DNA of 20,000 nt from an uncultured virus (IMG/VR IMGVR_UViG_3300026518_000010) (IMGVR_UViG_3300026518_000010), one strand, 5' to 3'. Shown: positions 1 to 10,253, counted from the first letter of the stretch. A program made the numbers and translations. Notes: generated by a model from the letters alone, not told the origin.

Positions 1-1
1 A

Positions 2-109
2 TTTAAATCAGGAGAGACTCTAGAAAAATACTTTAGTAATATTAAAGAATTATTTAGTTACTATATAAAACTTGAATATAATAGGACAGAATTATTTTCA
101 GCAGTATAA
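2..109 (+). CDS. 3' end of a gene entering from the left edge (hypothetical protein, partial)
   Basis: Open frame from the window edge, FKSGETLEKYFSNIKELFSYYIKLEYNRTELFSAV*, with TAA at 107-109, converging on the hairpin at 133-155. Confidence 0.55.
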   Translation, partial: FKSGETLEKYFSNIKELFSYYIKLEYNRTELFSAV

Positions 110-132
110 AAAAAAATAAAACTAAAGGAGAG

Positions 133-155
133 AGGTTAGAGATAAACTCTAACCT
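133..155 (-). terminator. Intrinsic terminator-like hairpin between convergent genes
   Basis: AGGTTAGAG-ataaa-CTCTAACCT 9-bp stem overlapping the stop of 136..525. There is an A-run on the left and a T-run on the right. Confidence 0.6.
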
Positions 156-525
156 TTTTCCAATTCTCCCAAGTCTTATCCCTATTAAATAACCAAGCTG
201 TTTCTTTCACATCTTCACGTGAAAGTTCGTCCACAGTAAGTAATAAGTATTTGCTACTTACTCCTAACTCAACTGCTAGTCTTAGAGCATTAGCAAACTT
301 TTTAGCTTGTCTAACCTCTTTAACTTTAGCTTCTTCAAAGTCATAAATGACTTTTTCAATTAACCCTACTGCTAACGATAAGTATTTAAACTCATCATCT
401 GTTAAACTATAGTATTCACAAATATCTTTAAAATAACATAAATAAATACTGCTATTAGTTAAACTACCATCAATTACATCACCGCTTTTATTTAGTGTTA
501 CATTTCTAAATTTTACTTTTGACAT
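136..525 (-). CDS. Hypothetical phage protein (129 aa)
   Basis: ORF with an AAGGAG SD and a promoter-like motif at 606-630. No family motif recognised. Confidence 0.75.
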   Translation of the reverse strand: MSKVKFRNVTLNKSGDVIDGSLTNSSIYLCYFKDICEYYSLTDDEFKYLSLAVGLIEKVIYDFEEAKVKEVRQAKKFANALRLAVELGVSSKYLLLTVDELSREDVKETAWLFNRDKTWENWKKVRVYL

Positions 526-605
526 TTTTGTCTCCTTAAAGACTGAATAGTGTTCATAATTTTCCTACTTTAAAAGCGTACTCTGTTACTACTAACTATT
601 CAAAA

Positions 606-630
606 TTATTTTTTACATTTTAGACATATG
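606..630 (-). promoter_or_regulatory. Putative phage early-type promoter (variant copy)
   Basis: Minus strand CATATGTCTAAAATGTAAAAAATAA resembles the motif at 3426, 15991 and 16547. Confidence 0.4.
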
Positions 631-661
631 TAATCATTATTTCTTTAAAATAAAAAAAAAT

Positions 662-689
662 ATATAAGTGAGAATTTTCTCACTTATAT
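662..689 (-). terminator. Intrinsic terminator after the nvRNAP beta subunit gene
   Basis: ATATAAGTGAGAA-tt-TTCTCACTTATAT inverted repeat followed by a U-tract on the minus strand (A-run 652-660). Confidence 0.8.
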
Positions 690-690
690 T

Positions 691-2364
691 TTAATCAGCA
701 CCTTCTACTTTAGCATCATCACTATCGATAAGTTTATCTAATAAATCGTTATTTTCAATTTTACCTTCTAACATCACATTAACTTTATCTACAAAGTTTT
801 TATAGTTGTCTAATTTAAATTTACCTGTTTGTTCATCTACATCTGTAAATAAGTTTATTCTAACTCTAGGTGTAGGTGATTTCTTAGGTAAATATAATAT
901 TGAACCTACTACTGCATCTTCTGCTCTAATCTGTCTAGTATATCTAGGGAAAGCATTATTCTTATCTCTAACTACTCCAGCTCCTCTATTTTGGTCTTCT
1001 AAGAAAGCTGCTATTTTAGGATATAAATTATCTGCAGTATAATCGATAGGCATAATAGCTAAATTAACTCCACTAGATTTAATAATAGAATATATCTTTC
1101 TAGTAGATATCTCTTTATTAAATACATTGTTAATCTCTTTAATAGATATCTTACCTTTACTGTAATTCTCATTAATTTTAAAGAATGCTTTATTAATTCC
1201 AGTAATAATATTAAATAAGATATAGTAAAGTATTTCGATATATCTATTATTTATATCTCCTGATCTTTTTTCACTATTAACAGTTAATGCTAAGAAATTC
1301 TTAATAATATAAGCTAATAAATCATAGAAATCTTCTACGAATATATTAATTTCTTTTAATTTCTCTTTAACCGTAACATCTAAATAACCATCTAATAATG
1401 TTAAATGTACATCCATATTTTCGATAAGTTTATCTATTTTAAACCCATCTCTGAATATGATTTTACCTAATAGTATTTTCCAGAACTTATTCTCATTAGG
1501 TGTATTAATTCTTTTAAAGAATGCCATAGTTACATAATCTGGATATAAATCAAAACTTGCTAATAACCCTGCTATAAGATTTTGTACAAAAATGTTGTCT
1601 TGTTCTTTAGGAACTAAAATCTTTATACCGTGCGGTCTATAATTGTTAGTTTTGATAATTTTAGGTTTAACACCTATTGATTCATACACATTATATTTAT
1701 CAGTATACTTGCTAGCATCTTCTTCTTTAGTAAGTATTTTAATATCAGCACCTGCTCTGTTCTTAAATGTGTTCATTATACCGTCTTTATAAAATAAGTA
1801 TAACGCTAATGGTATCTTATCATACACTCCGCTATTTTTTAATTTATAAGATTTAGCATAGATGTATGATAATCTAATAACTACTCCATTTTTAATATAA
1901 TTTCTATCTATCCTTTTAGCTGTAATTTTATCTTTTAGTAATCTAATAAAGATTTCATTACCTGTTGGATTAATAGAATACTCAGTAAGTACTGGAGTAA
2001 TTACATAAGGTGTATCTGATAGATAAATTATACTTCCATTTTCTTCTACATAAGGTAAAGCCATAATTCTAGTTATCTCTTCACCTTTAAGATTAAATTT
2101 AAATTCTACTTTATATAAATAGTTTTTAGCTATATCGTATCTATTATTATTTAAATCAAATCTATATTCTTCTTCCGGAGTAAGAGGTCTATAACCTTCG
2201 TACACTAATCCTATATTAGGATTAAGATTATTTACATTATTTCTAATAAGACTATCTATAAATTCTACTGCACCATAAATAGATTTTTTAGCTAATCCCT
2301 CTATAATATCTCTATTAATTTTTTTCTTAGTACCGTCTAGTACATCTCTTAAAATGCTATTCAT
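691..2364 (-). CDS. Non-virion RNA polymerase beta subunit, N-terminal part (phiKZ gp123-like)
   Basis: 557 aa. Motifs Y-x-GYR-x-LTPEEEY, ALPYV...LSDTPYVITPVL and C-terminal GSILYLPKKSPTPRVRIN are as recalled for gp123-family proteins. It lies three genes downstream of the major capsid gene, as in phiKZ. Confidence 0.8.
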   Translation of the reverse strand: MNSILRDVLDGTKKKINRDIIEGLAKKSIYGAVEFIDSLIRNNVNNLNPNIGLVYEGYRPLTPEEEYRFDLNNNRYDIAKNYLYKVEFKFNLKGEEITRIMALPYVEENGSIIYLSDTPYVITPVLTEYSINPTGNEIFIRLLKDKITAKRIDRNYIKNGVVIRLSYIYAKSYKLKNSGVYDKIPLALYLFYKDGIMNTFKNRAGADIKILTKEEDASKYTDKYNVYESIGVKPKIIKTNNYRPHGIKILVPKEQDNIFVQNLIAGLLASFDLYPDYVTMAFFKRINTPNENKFWKILLGKIIFRDGFKIDKLIENMDVHLTLLDGYLDVTVKEKLKEINIFVEDFYDLLAYIIKNFLALTVNSEKRSGDINNRYIEILYYILFNIITGINKAFFKINENYSKGKISIKEINNVFNKEISTRKIYSIIKSSGVNLAIMPIDYTADNLYPKIAAFLEDQNRGAGVVRDKNNAFPRYTRQIRAEDAVVGSILYLPKKSPTPRVRINLFTDVDEQTGKFKLDNYKNFVDKVNVMLEGKIENNDLLDKLIDSDDAKVEGAD

Positions 2365-2378
2365 TTTGTCTCCTTTTT

Positions 2379-3410
2379 TTATAATAATTTTAAAACATCT
2401 TTTATAAAACCAAATGCTGAACTAACTTGCTGTTCTTCTGCTCTCATTTCCTTTAACTTAATCTCATGTGTTAGTTTCCTTTCAGATAACTCTACATCTT
2501 TCTCTGCTTTAGCTAAACTAAGATCATTTGTATACTCTAAAGTTTTTATATCATTGTTAAACTTTATTTCCATCTTAGTCAAATCTATTATGTCGCGATA
2601 TTTTTCATACGCAATTTTTCTTATTTCTTTTTTAAGATTTATTTCATCATTCACCTTACTTTCTAATCTATCTTTTGTAAATGATGCTAATTTATTACTA
2701 GTTGTAGATATGTCATCGCTTAAATCTCCTAAAAATCTATTTAACCTATGCTCTTTACCATCAGTATCTAAATATAATCCTTCTGGTAAATCTTTATTTT
2801 TCACAATAGGAATTCTTAATTTAACTTTTTCATCTATTTGTATTATCTTACTATCAGATGGTGTAATAAAATCTACATAAAATAATTTTATTGGTAATCC
2901 TAAATCGTTACTATTAATTTTGCTTTGTTTATTACCATATTCATTTATGTCTTTTATTATAATAAAACTATCAACATTAAATACTTTATATTCATTTACC
3001 ACTTTTTCAGGTATGAAATAAATTAATCTAATATTTGCATTAAATCTATAATTTTCTTTTATCTCTGTTAACTTATTTATATACTCATTATTGTTAGTAT
3101 TACTATAACCTAACTTTATATATAAACTAATAAACTTATCTATGGTATCTATATCAATACCTTTATAATAAATAGTCTTTATAATAAAATATCCTTTATC
3201 TGGTAATATTTTATTCATCTCTGGTTTGTACATAAACATATGTACTAAATCATTATCCATTAAATATATTTCACTATCGCTAGTTCTATAAAAATTATAT
3301 CTAATATTCGGATATACAACATCTTCGTTTTCAGAAATATTACTTCCTCTATATGAATATAGAGTATCGTCATTCACCATTTCTGTATCAAACATTCTTT
3401 TAATTGTCAT
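2379..3410 (-). CDS. Conserved phiKZ-like hypothetical protein (gp122 position) with C-terminal coiled coil
   Basis: 343 aa, AAGGAG SD, charged helical C-terminus, syntenic position upstream of the gp123-like gene. Confidence 0.6.
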   Translation of the reverse strand: MTIKRMFDTEMVNDDTLYSYRGSNISENEDVVYPNIRYNFYRTSDSEIYLMDNDLVHMFMYKPEMNKILPDKGYFIIKTIYYKGIDIDTIDKFISLYIKLGYSNTNNNEYINKLTEIKENYRFNANIRLIYFIPEKVVNEYKVFNVDSFIIIKDINEYGNKQSKINSNDLGLPIKLFYVDFITPSDSKIIQIDEKVKLRIPIVKNKDLPEGLYLDTDGKEHRLNRFLGDLSDDISTTSNKLASFTKDRLESKVNDEINLKKEIRKIAYEKYRDIIDLTKMEIKFNNDIKTLEYTNDLSLAKAEKDVELSERKLTHEIKLKEMRAEEQQVSSAFGFIKDVLKLL

Positions 3411-3425
3411 TTCTTCTCCTTTAAA

Positions 3426-3450
3426 TTTATTCTTGCAGTTTAGTAATTTA
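3426..3450 (-). promoter_or_regulatory. Putative phage early-type promoter
   Basis: Minus strand TAAATTAC-TAAAC-TG-CAAGAATAAA. Its 3426-3443 segment is 17/18 identical to 15991-16008 and it resembles the phiKZ early TATATTAC box. Confidence 0.55.
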
Positions 3451-3472
3451 TCTATGAGAAAATATTGAAATA

Positions 3473-3502
3473 AAAGTTTACAGGTTTTTACCTGTAAACT
3501 TT
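3473..3502 (-). terminator. Intrinsic terminator
   Basis: AAAGTTTACAGGT-tttt-ACCTGTAAACTTT 13-bp stem just past the stop of 3504..4418. Confidence 0.8.
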
Positions 3503-3503
3503 A

Positions 3504-4418
3504 TTATTTATTAAAGAATAATTGAATATTGTTTTTAGCTACTGGTGATAAACCTTGTGTTGCTTTATCAATATTAATTTTTTTACTAACATTAACTACA
3601 CCATAATTACAAGTTGCGAATATTAAAGTAACTAATGAATGGAATCTAGTAAATTCGCCAGCTCCCCATTTCCAAGAACTATCGTGTTTTAAAAATGTTA
3701 CTTCATTAATATTATTATCTTTCATAGATTTACACATTAATGTTAAGTAGTATTTAAATTTAATACTAAATTTAGAGAAATCTTTTTCTTCTAAAATATT
3801 TTTACCAGATGTGTAAACACTATAATTAAATCTAACATATTCTTCAGGATTAACTGCTTTACCAATATTTTCAGCGTGTCTAGCCATAACGTCAGCGAAA
3901 GGTTTTAAATCGCTATATTGTCTACCTAATTCAACAACTTCTTTAAAATTAGCTTTAGCAATTTCAGCATTCATTTTTGAATGTTTAGGAAGCCCTTTAA
4001 AAAACACTTTTTTATCAACACCACTTTTAATATCTGACATACTATCAGTACTTGTATTTAAACTTGTTTTTTTATCTTTAGCAGCATTTACTTTATCATT
4101 ACTTATTGTTTTACCGTCATTTGCTTGTTCAGCATCTGGTTTATTATTTACATTAGTTTCAGTAGTTGATGCACCATTCTCAGTAGGTTTAGCAGTTGTG
4201 CTGTTTGCATTAGTACCAGTACTATTTGCTTGTTTAGTATCAGTAGAAGTAGTTGACTTATCTGTACTAGTTTTAGCAGTAGCTGGTTTAGCAGTTGTTG
4301 TGCTACTTGTATTAGTATTAGTATTAGTAGTTGTCGATTTAGTATTAGACGTACTATTTGTATTAGTGCTAGTAGTTGTTTTATCTGTACTAGCATTAGT
4401 ATTTGCTGTTTGAGCCAT
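3504..4418 (-). CDS. Hypothetical protein downstream of the capsid gene, with a ~125-aa Thr/Ser/Asn-rich low-complexity N-terminus and a globular C-terminal domain
   Basis: 304 aa, AAGGATG SD, compositional bias visible in the translation. It occupies the phiKZ gp121 position. Confidence 0.75.
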   Translation of the reverse strand: MAQTANTNASTDKTTTSTNTNSTSNTKSTTTNTNTNTSSTTTAKPATAKTSTDKSTTSTDTKQANSTGTNANSTTAKPTENGASTTETNVNNKPDAEQANDGKTISNDKVNAAKDKKTSLNTSTDSMSDIKSGVDKKVFFKGLPKHSKMNAEIAKANFKEVVELGRQYSDLKPFADVMARHAENIGKAVNPEEYVRFNYSVYTSGKNILEEKDFSKFSIKFKYYLTLMCKSMKDNNINEVTFLKHDSSWKWGAGEFTRFHSLVTLIFATCNYGVVNVSKKINIDKATQGLSPVAKNNIQLFFNK

Positions 4419-4465
4419 TGTTCATCCTTTTTAATTAATTTATTTCAATACAAATAAAAATAGAA

Positions 4466-4487
4466 TTAGATAGGGAATCCTATCTAA
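4466..4487 (-). terminator. Terminator after the major capsid gene
   Basis: TTAGATAGG-gaat-CCTATCTAA stem followed by a U-rich tail on the minus strand. Confidence 0.7.
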
Positions 4488-4496
4488 CCTAATTCA

Positions 4497-6632
4497 TTAA
4501 GATTGTGTGATATATACATTTTTTCCAATAATGTTTTCAATGTCAGTAACATTAAGAACTGCAATAATTGGTAAATTAATATAGTGTAAGAATCTTGGGA
4601 ATGTACTAATTTCTGTTCTAACACCTTCACCAATTGTTTTCTTAGTATTAATTACTAATTCTGGAGACCATAAACATACACCGAAGTTTAATGGATCGAT
4701 ATCTTTATTTTCATTACCATTTCTAACACCTAATGAAATAATAATTTTATCTTCCACAGATGAGAAAGGAGTTCCAGCATAGTTAAATCTTAAATCTCCA
4801 ACTAGTTCTTGTTTAGTGTCACCAAATAAGTTAAGTTTAAGTTTAAGACCCATACCAATTAATACGTCAATTGGACCAGTGTAACCTAAAGTATCTCTTG
4901 CAATTTTGTAATTTGCTTTAAGAATCATATCTGTTACAATAAGTTTAATTTTATTAACAACTGCTGTTCTAATGTCAGTTAATCTTTCTGTAGATTTAAT
5001 ACTATCTACTAATGTAGAAATAGTTAAGTTATCTTCGAAGAAATAGTTATTAATAAAGTATTGACTTAATCCTTGGATTTTTTGGTTTGGATTAGCTCTC
5101 ATATCGTTTACGAAATCCATAACAGTTTTAACACCATAAGCGTTAAGTTTCATTCTTGTACCCATTACTTGTCCGATTAGGTCTGTTGGATCACCATCAT
5201 CACCAATTACAACGGCAGGTAAAATTTCTGTAAATCCATTTCTATATGGAACTGTAACTACTGCAGTTTGTTTTCTAGTTAATAAATGAATACCTTTTCT
5301 TTTTGCATTTGCTAATGTAGCGAAAGCTTCTAGAACATATCCACCAGCTTTAGTTGTAGCAACAACATCTTGAACTTTTTGGTAATCATCACTAGCAGAA
5401 TCTAATTTAGCACCACTATCAGTAGTAATTTCTTTAATTTCTACAGTATTTAAGTGTGCAACAACGTCACCAAGTGCAACATTTGCATTAGCAGTTAAAC
5501 TTAATTCTAAGTTAACATGTAAATTAGCTGGTAAGTTAGCCATAATTTCAGAATCAACTTCATTACCATTAGCATCAATAGCTTTAGTAGACGGAGTTAA
5601 CATCATAAAGTTATCATCGTCGAAGTTAAGAACCATTTGTTTATTAGTTCCAGTAATTGTTTCATAGAACCAACTATTTCTATTTTTAAGGCTAAATCTA
5701 AATGTTTCAGTAACATCATCACCATTAGAATTTTTACCAGTCATTCTTACGAATACTTGTTCTAATTTAATAGATTTGTTAATTCCATCAGTAAAGTCTG
5801 CACCACCTTTAGCTAGCATACTATCATTTTGTGCTAAACCAACTAAACTCATTCTTTTACCAAATACTAATGGAGATGTAGTAACTTCTTCACCATTATA
5901 TTCAACTTTTTCTTTTACTTCATTAAAGAATTTATCACTGTTTTTATCTCTCCATACTGGGATTAATCTGATATTTTCAGTTGTTAAAAGTTTAGTATCA
6001 GTAACAGCTTTAATTAATGGACTTTCATTAATTTTATCACCTGCAGGTGAACCATCAACTGTATGTTTATATTCTTTCCAGATATTAATTAATCTAGCAC
6101 TAATTCTAGCACCAGCTTTAACTGGGTCAATTGTAACCATTGGGAAGAATAATTCTGCAAATTCATCTTGTTTTGGTGCAAATGCGTTATATACAACATT
6201 AAATACTAATGAAGTAGAGATATTTTGCATATCGAAGTACTCAATACCTACATCGATAGAATCGTCCATACCATATCTATAATCTGTAACGATATTATCT
6301 TCTGTACCTGCATCAACTTTTCTTTCTTTACCATATAGAGCTTTAATAGCTGAAGTACCATCAATTGCTAATGAAGCAATATATTCACTAGACATAATTT
6401 GTGCTGCTGTAAAATCTTCAGAACCTTCACCTACATTACTAATGCTTTCAATTACTGAACCAATACTAGATTGTAATAAATCTAAACTAGGTTCTGTGCT
6501 TAAAGCATCTTCAATACCTCCAGCTAAAACAGCTTGCGTAATTCCTTTTTCATTAAACACGGCTTGATCAAGATCTTTTCTTTGATTTAAATTCTCACCG
6601 AATTCTTTCATTAACGTTTCAATGTTTGCCAT
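4497..6632 (-). CDS. Major capsid protein (phiKZ gp120-like)
   Basis: 711 aa. Motifs KQDEFAELFFPMVTIDP, GYVLEA...N...G and DPLNFG...W.PE...PRF.H..NLP. The acidic N-terminus has G-x-E motifs typical of a cleaved propeptide. Synteny with the DnaB and gp123-like genes. Confidence 0.9.
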   Translation of the reverse strand: MANIETLMKEFGENLNQRKDLDQAVFNEKGITQAVLAGGIEDALSTEPSLDLLQSSIGSVIESISNVGEGSEDFTAAQIMSSEYIASLAIDGTSAIKALYGKERKVDAGTEDNIVTDYRYGMDDSIDVGIEYFDMQNISTSLVFNVVYNAFAPKQDEFAELFFPMVTIDPVKAGARISARLINIWKEYKHTVDGSPAGDKINESPLIKAVTDTKLLTTENIRLIPVWRDKNSDKFFNEVKEKVEYNGEEVTTSPLVFGKRMSLVGLAQNDSMLAKGGADFTDGINKSIKLEQVFVRMTGKNSNGDDVTETFRFSLKNRNSWFYETITGTNKQMVLNFDDDNFMMLTPSTKAIDANGNEVDSEIMANLPANLHVNLELSLTANANVALGDVVAHLNTVEIKEITTDSGAKLDSASDDYQKVQDVVATTKAGGYVLEAFATLANAKRKGIHLLTRKQTAVVTVPYRNGFTEILPAVVIGDDGDPTDLIGQVMGTRMKLNAYGVKTVMDFVNDMRANPNQKIQGLSQYFINNYFFEDNLTISTLVDSIKSTERLTDIRTAVVNKIKLIVTDMILKANYKIARDTLGYTGPIDVLIGMGLKLKLNLFGDTKQELVGDLRFNYAGTPFSSVEDKIIISLGVRNGNENKDIDPLNFGVCLWSPELVINTKKTIGEGVRTEISTFPRFLHYINLPIIAVLNVTDIENIIGKNVYITQS

Positions 6633-6670
6633 TTTCTTTTCTCCTTATAAATTAATCGTTGAATTATCAA

Positions 6671-6693
6671 AATATTAAACCTCGTTTAATATT
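6671..6693 (-). terminator. Hairpin between the gp119-like gene and the capsid gene (terminator or mRNA-stabilising stem)
   Basis: AATATTAAAC-ctc-GTTTAATATT 10-bp stem. Confidence 0.5.
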
Positions 6694-6696
6694 AAA

Positions 6697-7419
6697 TTAA
6701 TCTACGAATAGAATTCCATATGATTTATTCATATTTAAACCATCTGTATCTATAATAACATCACCTATTCCAGGTTGATTAGCTATTGTATTTTTAACTA
6801 TATCGTTAAATATTAACCTTATTACTAAATATGAACTAACAATAAGATTACCATTAGTTAATTTTTTACTATATAGTCTATTAATTAATTCTGAAATTGT
6901 GTTTACTAATTTTAAAGTTTTATCTTGGTCTACTACTACTATCAATAAAGTACCATTACTTATAGGAATAGTATAAGTATCTTTAAATATATCTATTATA
7001 TCATCGTTATTTCTATCTTCCATAAGTCTTTTATAAATAGTTAATAAAGTAGTATCGATATATATGTCATCAGACACTTTACTGTTTTTGGTTACTGAGT
7101 CAACTACAACATCATCATAGCTACCATCAAGCACATTATAATTAGTATTTAATATTTTATTACCTAAATTTGTAACCCTATTAATAAATTTAAAAATATT
7201 ATCATTCGCTTTAAGAGCTAGTCTGTTTAATCCGTATAATGAAACAAACATATTTAACCCATTAAATAAATTTAATGTTTTAATTTCAGAAGAAATAACT
7301 AAATTTTTAATTTTTATTTCTATATCATCATTTATTAAATTACTGCTAGCAGCTCTAATAAGAGGTAAAAATTTATCCATACCTTTATCAGGTATTATTA
7401 TAGTTCCATCTACCGCCAT
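6697..7419 (-). CDS. Putative virion protein (phiKZ gp119 position)
   Basis: 240-aa ORF with an AAGGATA SD, lying between the DnaB-like helicase and the capsid gene as in phiKZ-like phages. Confidence 0.6.
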   Translation of the reverse strand: MAVDGTIIIPDKGMDKFLPLIRAASSNLINDDIEIKIKNLVISSEIKTLNLFNGLNMFVSLYGLNRLALKANDNIFKFINRVTNLGNKILNTNYNVLDGSYDDVVVDSVTKNSKVSDDIYIDTTLLTIYKRLMEDRNNDDIIDIFKDTYTIPISNGTLLIVVVDQDKTLKLVNTISELINRLYSKKLTNGNLIVSSYLVIRLIFNDIVKNTIANQPGIGDVIIDTDGLNMNKSYGILFVD

Positions 7420-7513
7420 TGTATATCCTTTATATTAATTTATTTTTATTAATTTCAAGAAAATCAATACTGTGAACTAAATAATAAAGAGTAAAGAAAG
7501 TTAAGGAGATATT

Positions 7514-8989
7514 ATGGATAAATTAATAGTATTAACTAATATGGTTATATTGTTATTAAAGAGTAAAGATGAGTTAACAGTAGAACTTGGAAATGAATTA
7601 TTAGAAAATATTAAAAGTAAACTTAAAGGATTTAATACTGGAGACATTATTAAAGATTTAGCAGGTATTATTGAAACATTAATAAATACTGATGTAGAAG
7701 ACATAGATGGTTTCATAGACAACCTAAAATTAACATTATCTAATAGATCAGATATTATAGCATTAATAGCTAAATATAAAAAAGAAGATTTAACAAAAAA
7801 TACTAATTTAAGAAAATATTTAATATCTACGATTAAAGATTATTTAAAAAGAGAAGAATTAATAAATCTATTACAAATGAATTTATTCAGAACTAAGACT
7901 ACTACTAGCTATGCTATAATAGAGCAGAATATAAGCAATATGATAGAGTCTTTTCAAAAATTATCTACTCTAAAAAAACAAGACACTACTGGTGTAGTTG
8001 AAGAAGTTGATATAGATGCTGATGATGGTGTTCTAGACAATATTGTAAAAAGAATTAAACAAAAAAGAGATGATAAGTTTATTTATCAATTAGGATGGAG
8101 TTGTATAAACGAAATGACACAAGGTGGTTTAAGACTTGGAGAATTTACTACATTTGCCGGTTTACAACATAACTATAAAACAGGTTTTACATTAAGTGCT
8201 TTTACACAATTAGTAACTCTTAATAAACCTATAGAAAGAATACCAGGTAAAAAACCGTTAGCTGTTCTTTTTAGTTTAGAAGATGAAAATGAGAATGTGT
8301 TTGAATTTATATATAGGTATTTAAAAATAACTTATGATAATGAAGTTATCAAAGACTTTGAAAAAATAGATGATAAAGAAGTAGTGAATTATATTAAAGA
8401 AAAACTTAAACAACAAGGATGGAGTGTTAAAATAATCAGAATGGATCCTAACGATATAACTTGGATGGATATTAAAAGAAAAATGGAAATATTCCAATTA
8501 GAGGGTTATGATTTACAAATAGTATTAATAGACTATTTATCACAAATAAGAAAAGATGGTTTAGCACAAGGACCAGCTGGTAGTGATTTAAAAGATTTAT
8601 TTAAAAAAGCTAGAAACTTTGCTAATATTAATAAAATACTATTTATCACGCCACATCAATTATCTACAGACGCTAACCAATTATTAAGAAACCAATTACC
8701 ACCACTAGAATTTGTAAAATACATAGCTAATAGAAACTACTACGATGGAAGTAAAAGAATAGCACAAGAGATAGATTTAGAGCTATATATACATATTGCT
8801 ACAAAAGATAAAAAACCTGTTCTCACAGTACAAAGAGGTAAACACAGAGGACATCCTAATATAGATGATGATAAAAAATATGCTTTATTAGAATTTGTTA
8901 TTAAAAATAACGCACCTATACCTGGAGAAGGAGAACATCATAATCCTTGTATTAAAACATTAAGTGATGATTTAGACTTGGATATATAA
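7514..8989 (+). CDS. dnaB: DnaB-like replicative helicase (phiKZ gp118-like)
   Basis: GGLRLGE, variant Walker A GLQHNYKT, FSLED, Walker B IDYL, HQLS and RGKHRG arginine finger. Divergent from the capsid operon as in phiKZ. Confidence 0.9.
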   Translation: MDKLIVLTNMVILLLKSKDELTVELGNELLENIKSKLKGFNTGDIIKDLAGIIETLINTDVEDIDGFIDNLKLTLSNRSDIIALIAKYKKEDLTKNTNLRKYLISTIKDYLKREELINLLQMNLFRTKTTTSYAIIEQNISNMIESFQKLSTLKKQDTTGVVEEVDIDADDGVLDNIVKRIKQKRDDKFIYQLGWSCINEMTQGGLRLGEFTTFAGLQHNYKTGFTLSAFTQLVTLNKPIERIPGKKPLAVLFSLEDENENVFEFIYRYLKITYDNEVIKDFEKIDDKEVVNYIKEKLKQQGWSVKIIRMDPNDITWMDIKRKMEIFQLEGYDLQIVLIDYLSQIRKDGLAQGPAGSDLKDLFKKARNFANINKILFITPHQLSTDANQLLRNQLPPLEFVKYIANRNYYDGSKRIAQEIDLELYIHIATKDKKPVLTVQRGKHRGHPNIDDDKKYALLEFVIKNNAPIPGEGEHHNPCIKTLSDDLDLDI

Positions 8990-8990
8990 C

Positions 8991-9021
8991 TACTATTAGT
9001 AAGGATCCCTTACTAATAGTA
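8991..9021. terminator. Bidirectional terminator between convergent genes
   Basis: TACTATTAGTAAGG-atc-CCTTACTAATAGTA 14-bp perfect stem. Confidence 0.8.
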
Positions 9022-9032
9022 ACTATACTTTT

Positions 9033-9233
9033 CTATCTAAAAACTACATAGATATCTTTACAATTTTCATTATTTTTAACACTATCATAAGCAGTATAAA
9101 ATTTAATAAAATCTGTATACGAATCTAACACAGACTTATATTCACCATTTTCTTGTTTTTCTTTATAGTGTATAAAATACACATCTTTATAAAGACAAGT
9201 AAGAAATAATTTACATATCTCAAATATTTTCAT
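9033..9233 (-). CDS. Small hypothetical protein (66 aa)
   Basis: ORF with an AGGAG SD, filling the space between two terminators. Confidence 0.6.
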   Translation of the reverse strand: MKIFEICKLFLTCLYKDVYFIHYKEKQENGEYKSVLDSYTDFIKFYTAYDSVKNNENCKDIYVVFR

Positions 9234-9266
9234 ATCTTACTCCTATTGATTAAAAAAAAGTAAGAA

Positions 9267-9286
9267 GTGGATAATTTATTATCCAC
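9267..9286 (-). terminator. Terminator after the 279-aa structural gene
   Basis: GTGGATAAT-tt-ATTATCCAC followed by a U-tract on the minus strand. Confidence 0.7.
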
Positions 9287-9299
9287 GTCTAATACTTAA

Positions 9300-10139
9300 T
9301 TATTTGTTGTCGATTGGTCTCCAGAAGTAACTTAACATAGCTTTAGCTGATTTAAGTTGGTCTGCATATTTTTTAGCATCGTCAGCACTAATTTGTGCAT
9401 CATAAACTTTACCAGTTTTATCATCTGCATTTCTACCTACAGTAACAGTAAAGATTTCAACAATGTTTCCGTTAGCATCATTGTAGTAAACAACTGCATC
9501 ACCATTCATAACGTCACCAAATGGAACTTTAGATAATGTTACAGTGTGTTTATCAGAAAGTGTTAAATCTTTTTCGAATGCATATACAGGAATACTTGCT
9601 TGTACATTTGCAATTGAATTTTCAAGAGCTTGTTTATCAGCAGCTTGTGCAGCGATAACTTCTTTAATTCTTGCTTCAACAGCTTCTAGTGTTTTATAAC
9701 CGTCAGATGCTTTACCAATTAATGCGTCAACTCTACCATTTACAGCATCAATAAGTTTATCAATACTTACTTCTTCATTTTTAAAGTAATCAATAATTTC
9801 TTTAAGTGTGTCTAAATCTTCTTTAGCTCCACCGATAAGTTTTTCTACAGCAGCACTAATTTTAGCATCTACTGAACCTTCAGTTTTAGAATCACCGTTT
9901 AATACAGCAACTGCATCTTGTAATTTTTTAACATCACCAGTTTTAAGAGCGTTAACTAAATCATCAGCGTGTTTTTTAGCGTCAGCTACTCCGTTATTAA
10001 GGTCAGTTCTGATTGTTTGTAGTTTACTATTTACATCATTCATAGCTGCATTATGTGTAGTGATATCTACTTTATTTGTGTTAAGACTTTTAATACCTTG
10101 TTCTTGATTTAAATCCTCTAATCTTAAAATTAAAGCCAT
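9300..10139 (-). CDS. Putative fibre/virion structural protein with coiled coil and LDTLKEI-type fibre repeats
   Basis: AVEKLIGGAKEDLDTLKEIIDYF and the second copy VDALIGKASDGYKTLEAVEARI resemble the L-x-x-x-A-x-x-x-LDTL-x-E motif of phage tail fibres. Own SD and terminator. Confidence 0.65.
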   Translation of the reverse strand: MALILRLEDLNQEQGIKSLNTNKVDITTHNAAMNDVNSKLQTIRTDLNNGVADAKKHADDLVNALKTGDVKKLQDAVAVLNGDSKTEGSVDAKISAAVEKLIGGAKEDLDTLKEIIDYFKNEEVSIDKLIDAVNGRVDALIGKASDGYKTLEAVEARIKEVIAAQAADKQALENSIANVQASIPVYAFEKDLTLSDKHTVTLSKVPFGDVMNGDAVVYYNDANGNIVEIFTVTVGRNADDKTGKVYDAQISADDAKKYADQLKSAKAMLSYFWRPIDNK

Positions 10140-10221
10140 TGTATATCCTTTATAAAATATTAAACCTTTTTTAGGTTCATATTAATATATTTAATTTTTA
10201 GTTAAAAAAAAAATAATACTA

Positions 10222-10253
10222 AAAGTATTAGCTAGTTAACTAGCTAATACTTT
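10222..10253. terminator. 32-bp perfect palindrome centred on a stop codon; probable terminator
   Basis: AAAGTATTAGCTAGTT|AACTAGCTAATACTTT, with a U-tract downstream on the minus strand (A-run ~10204-10213). Confidence 0.65.
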
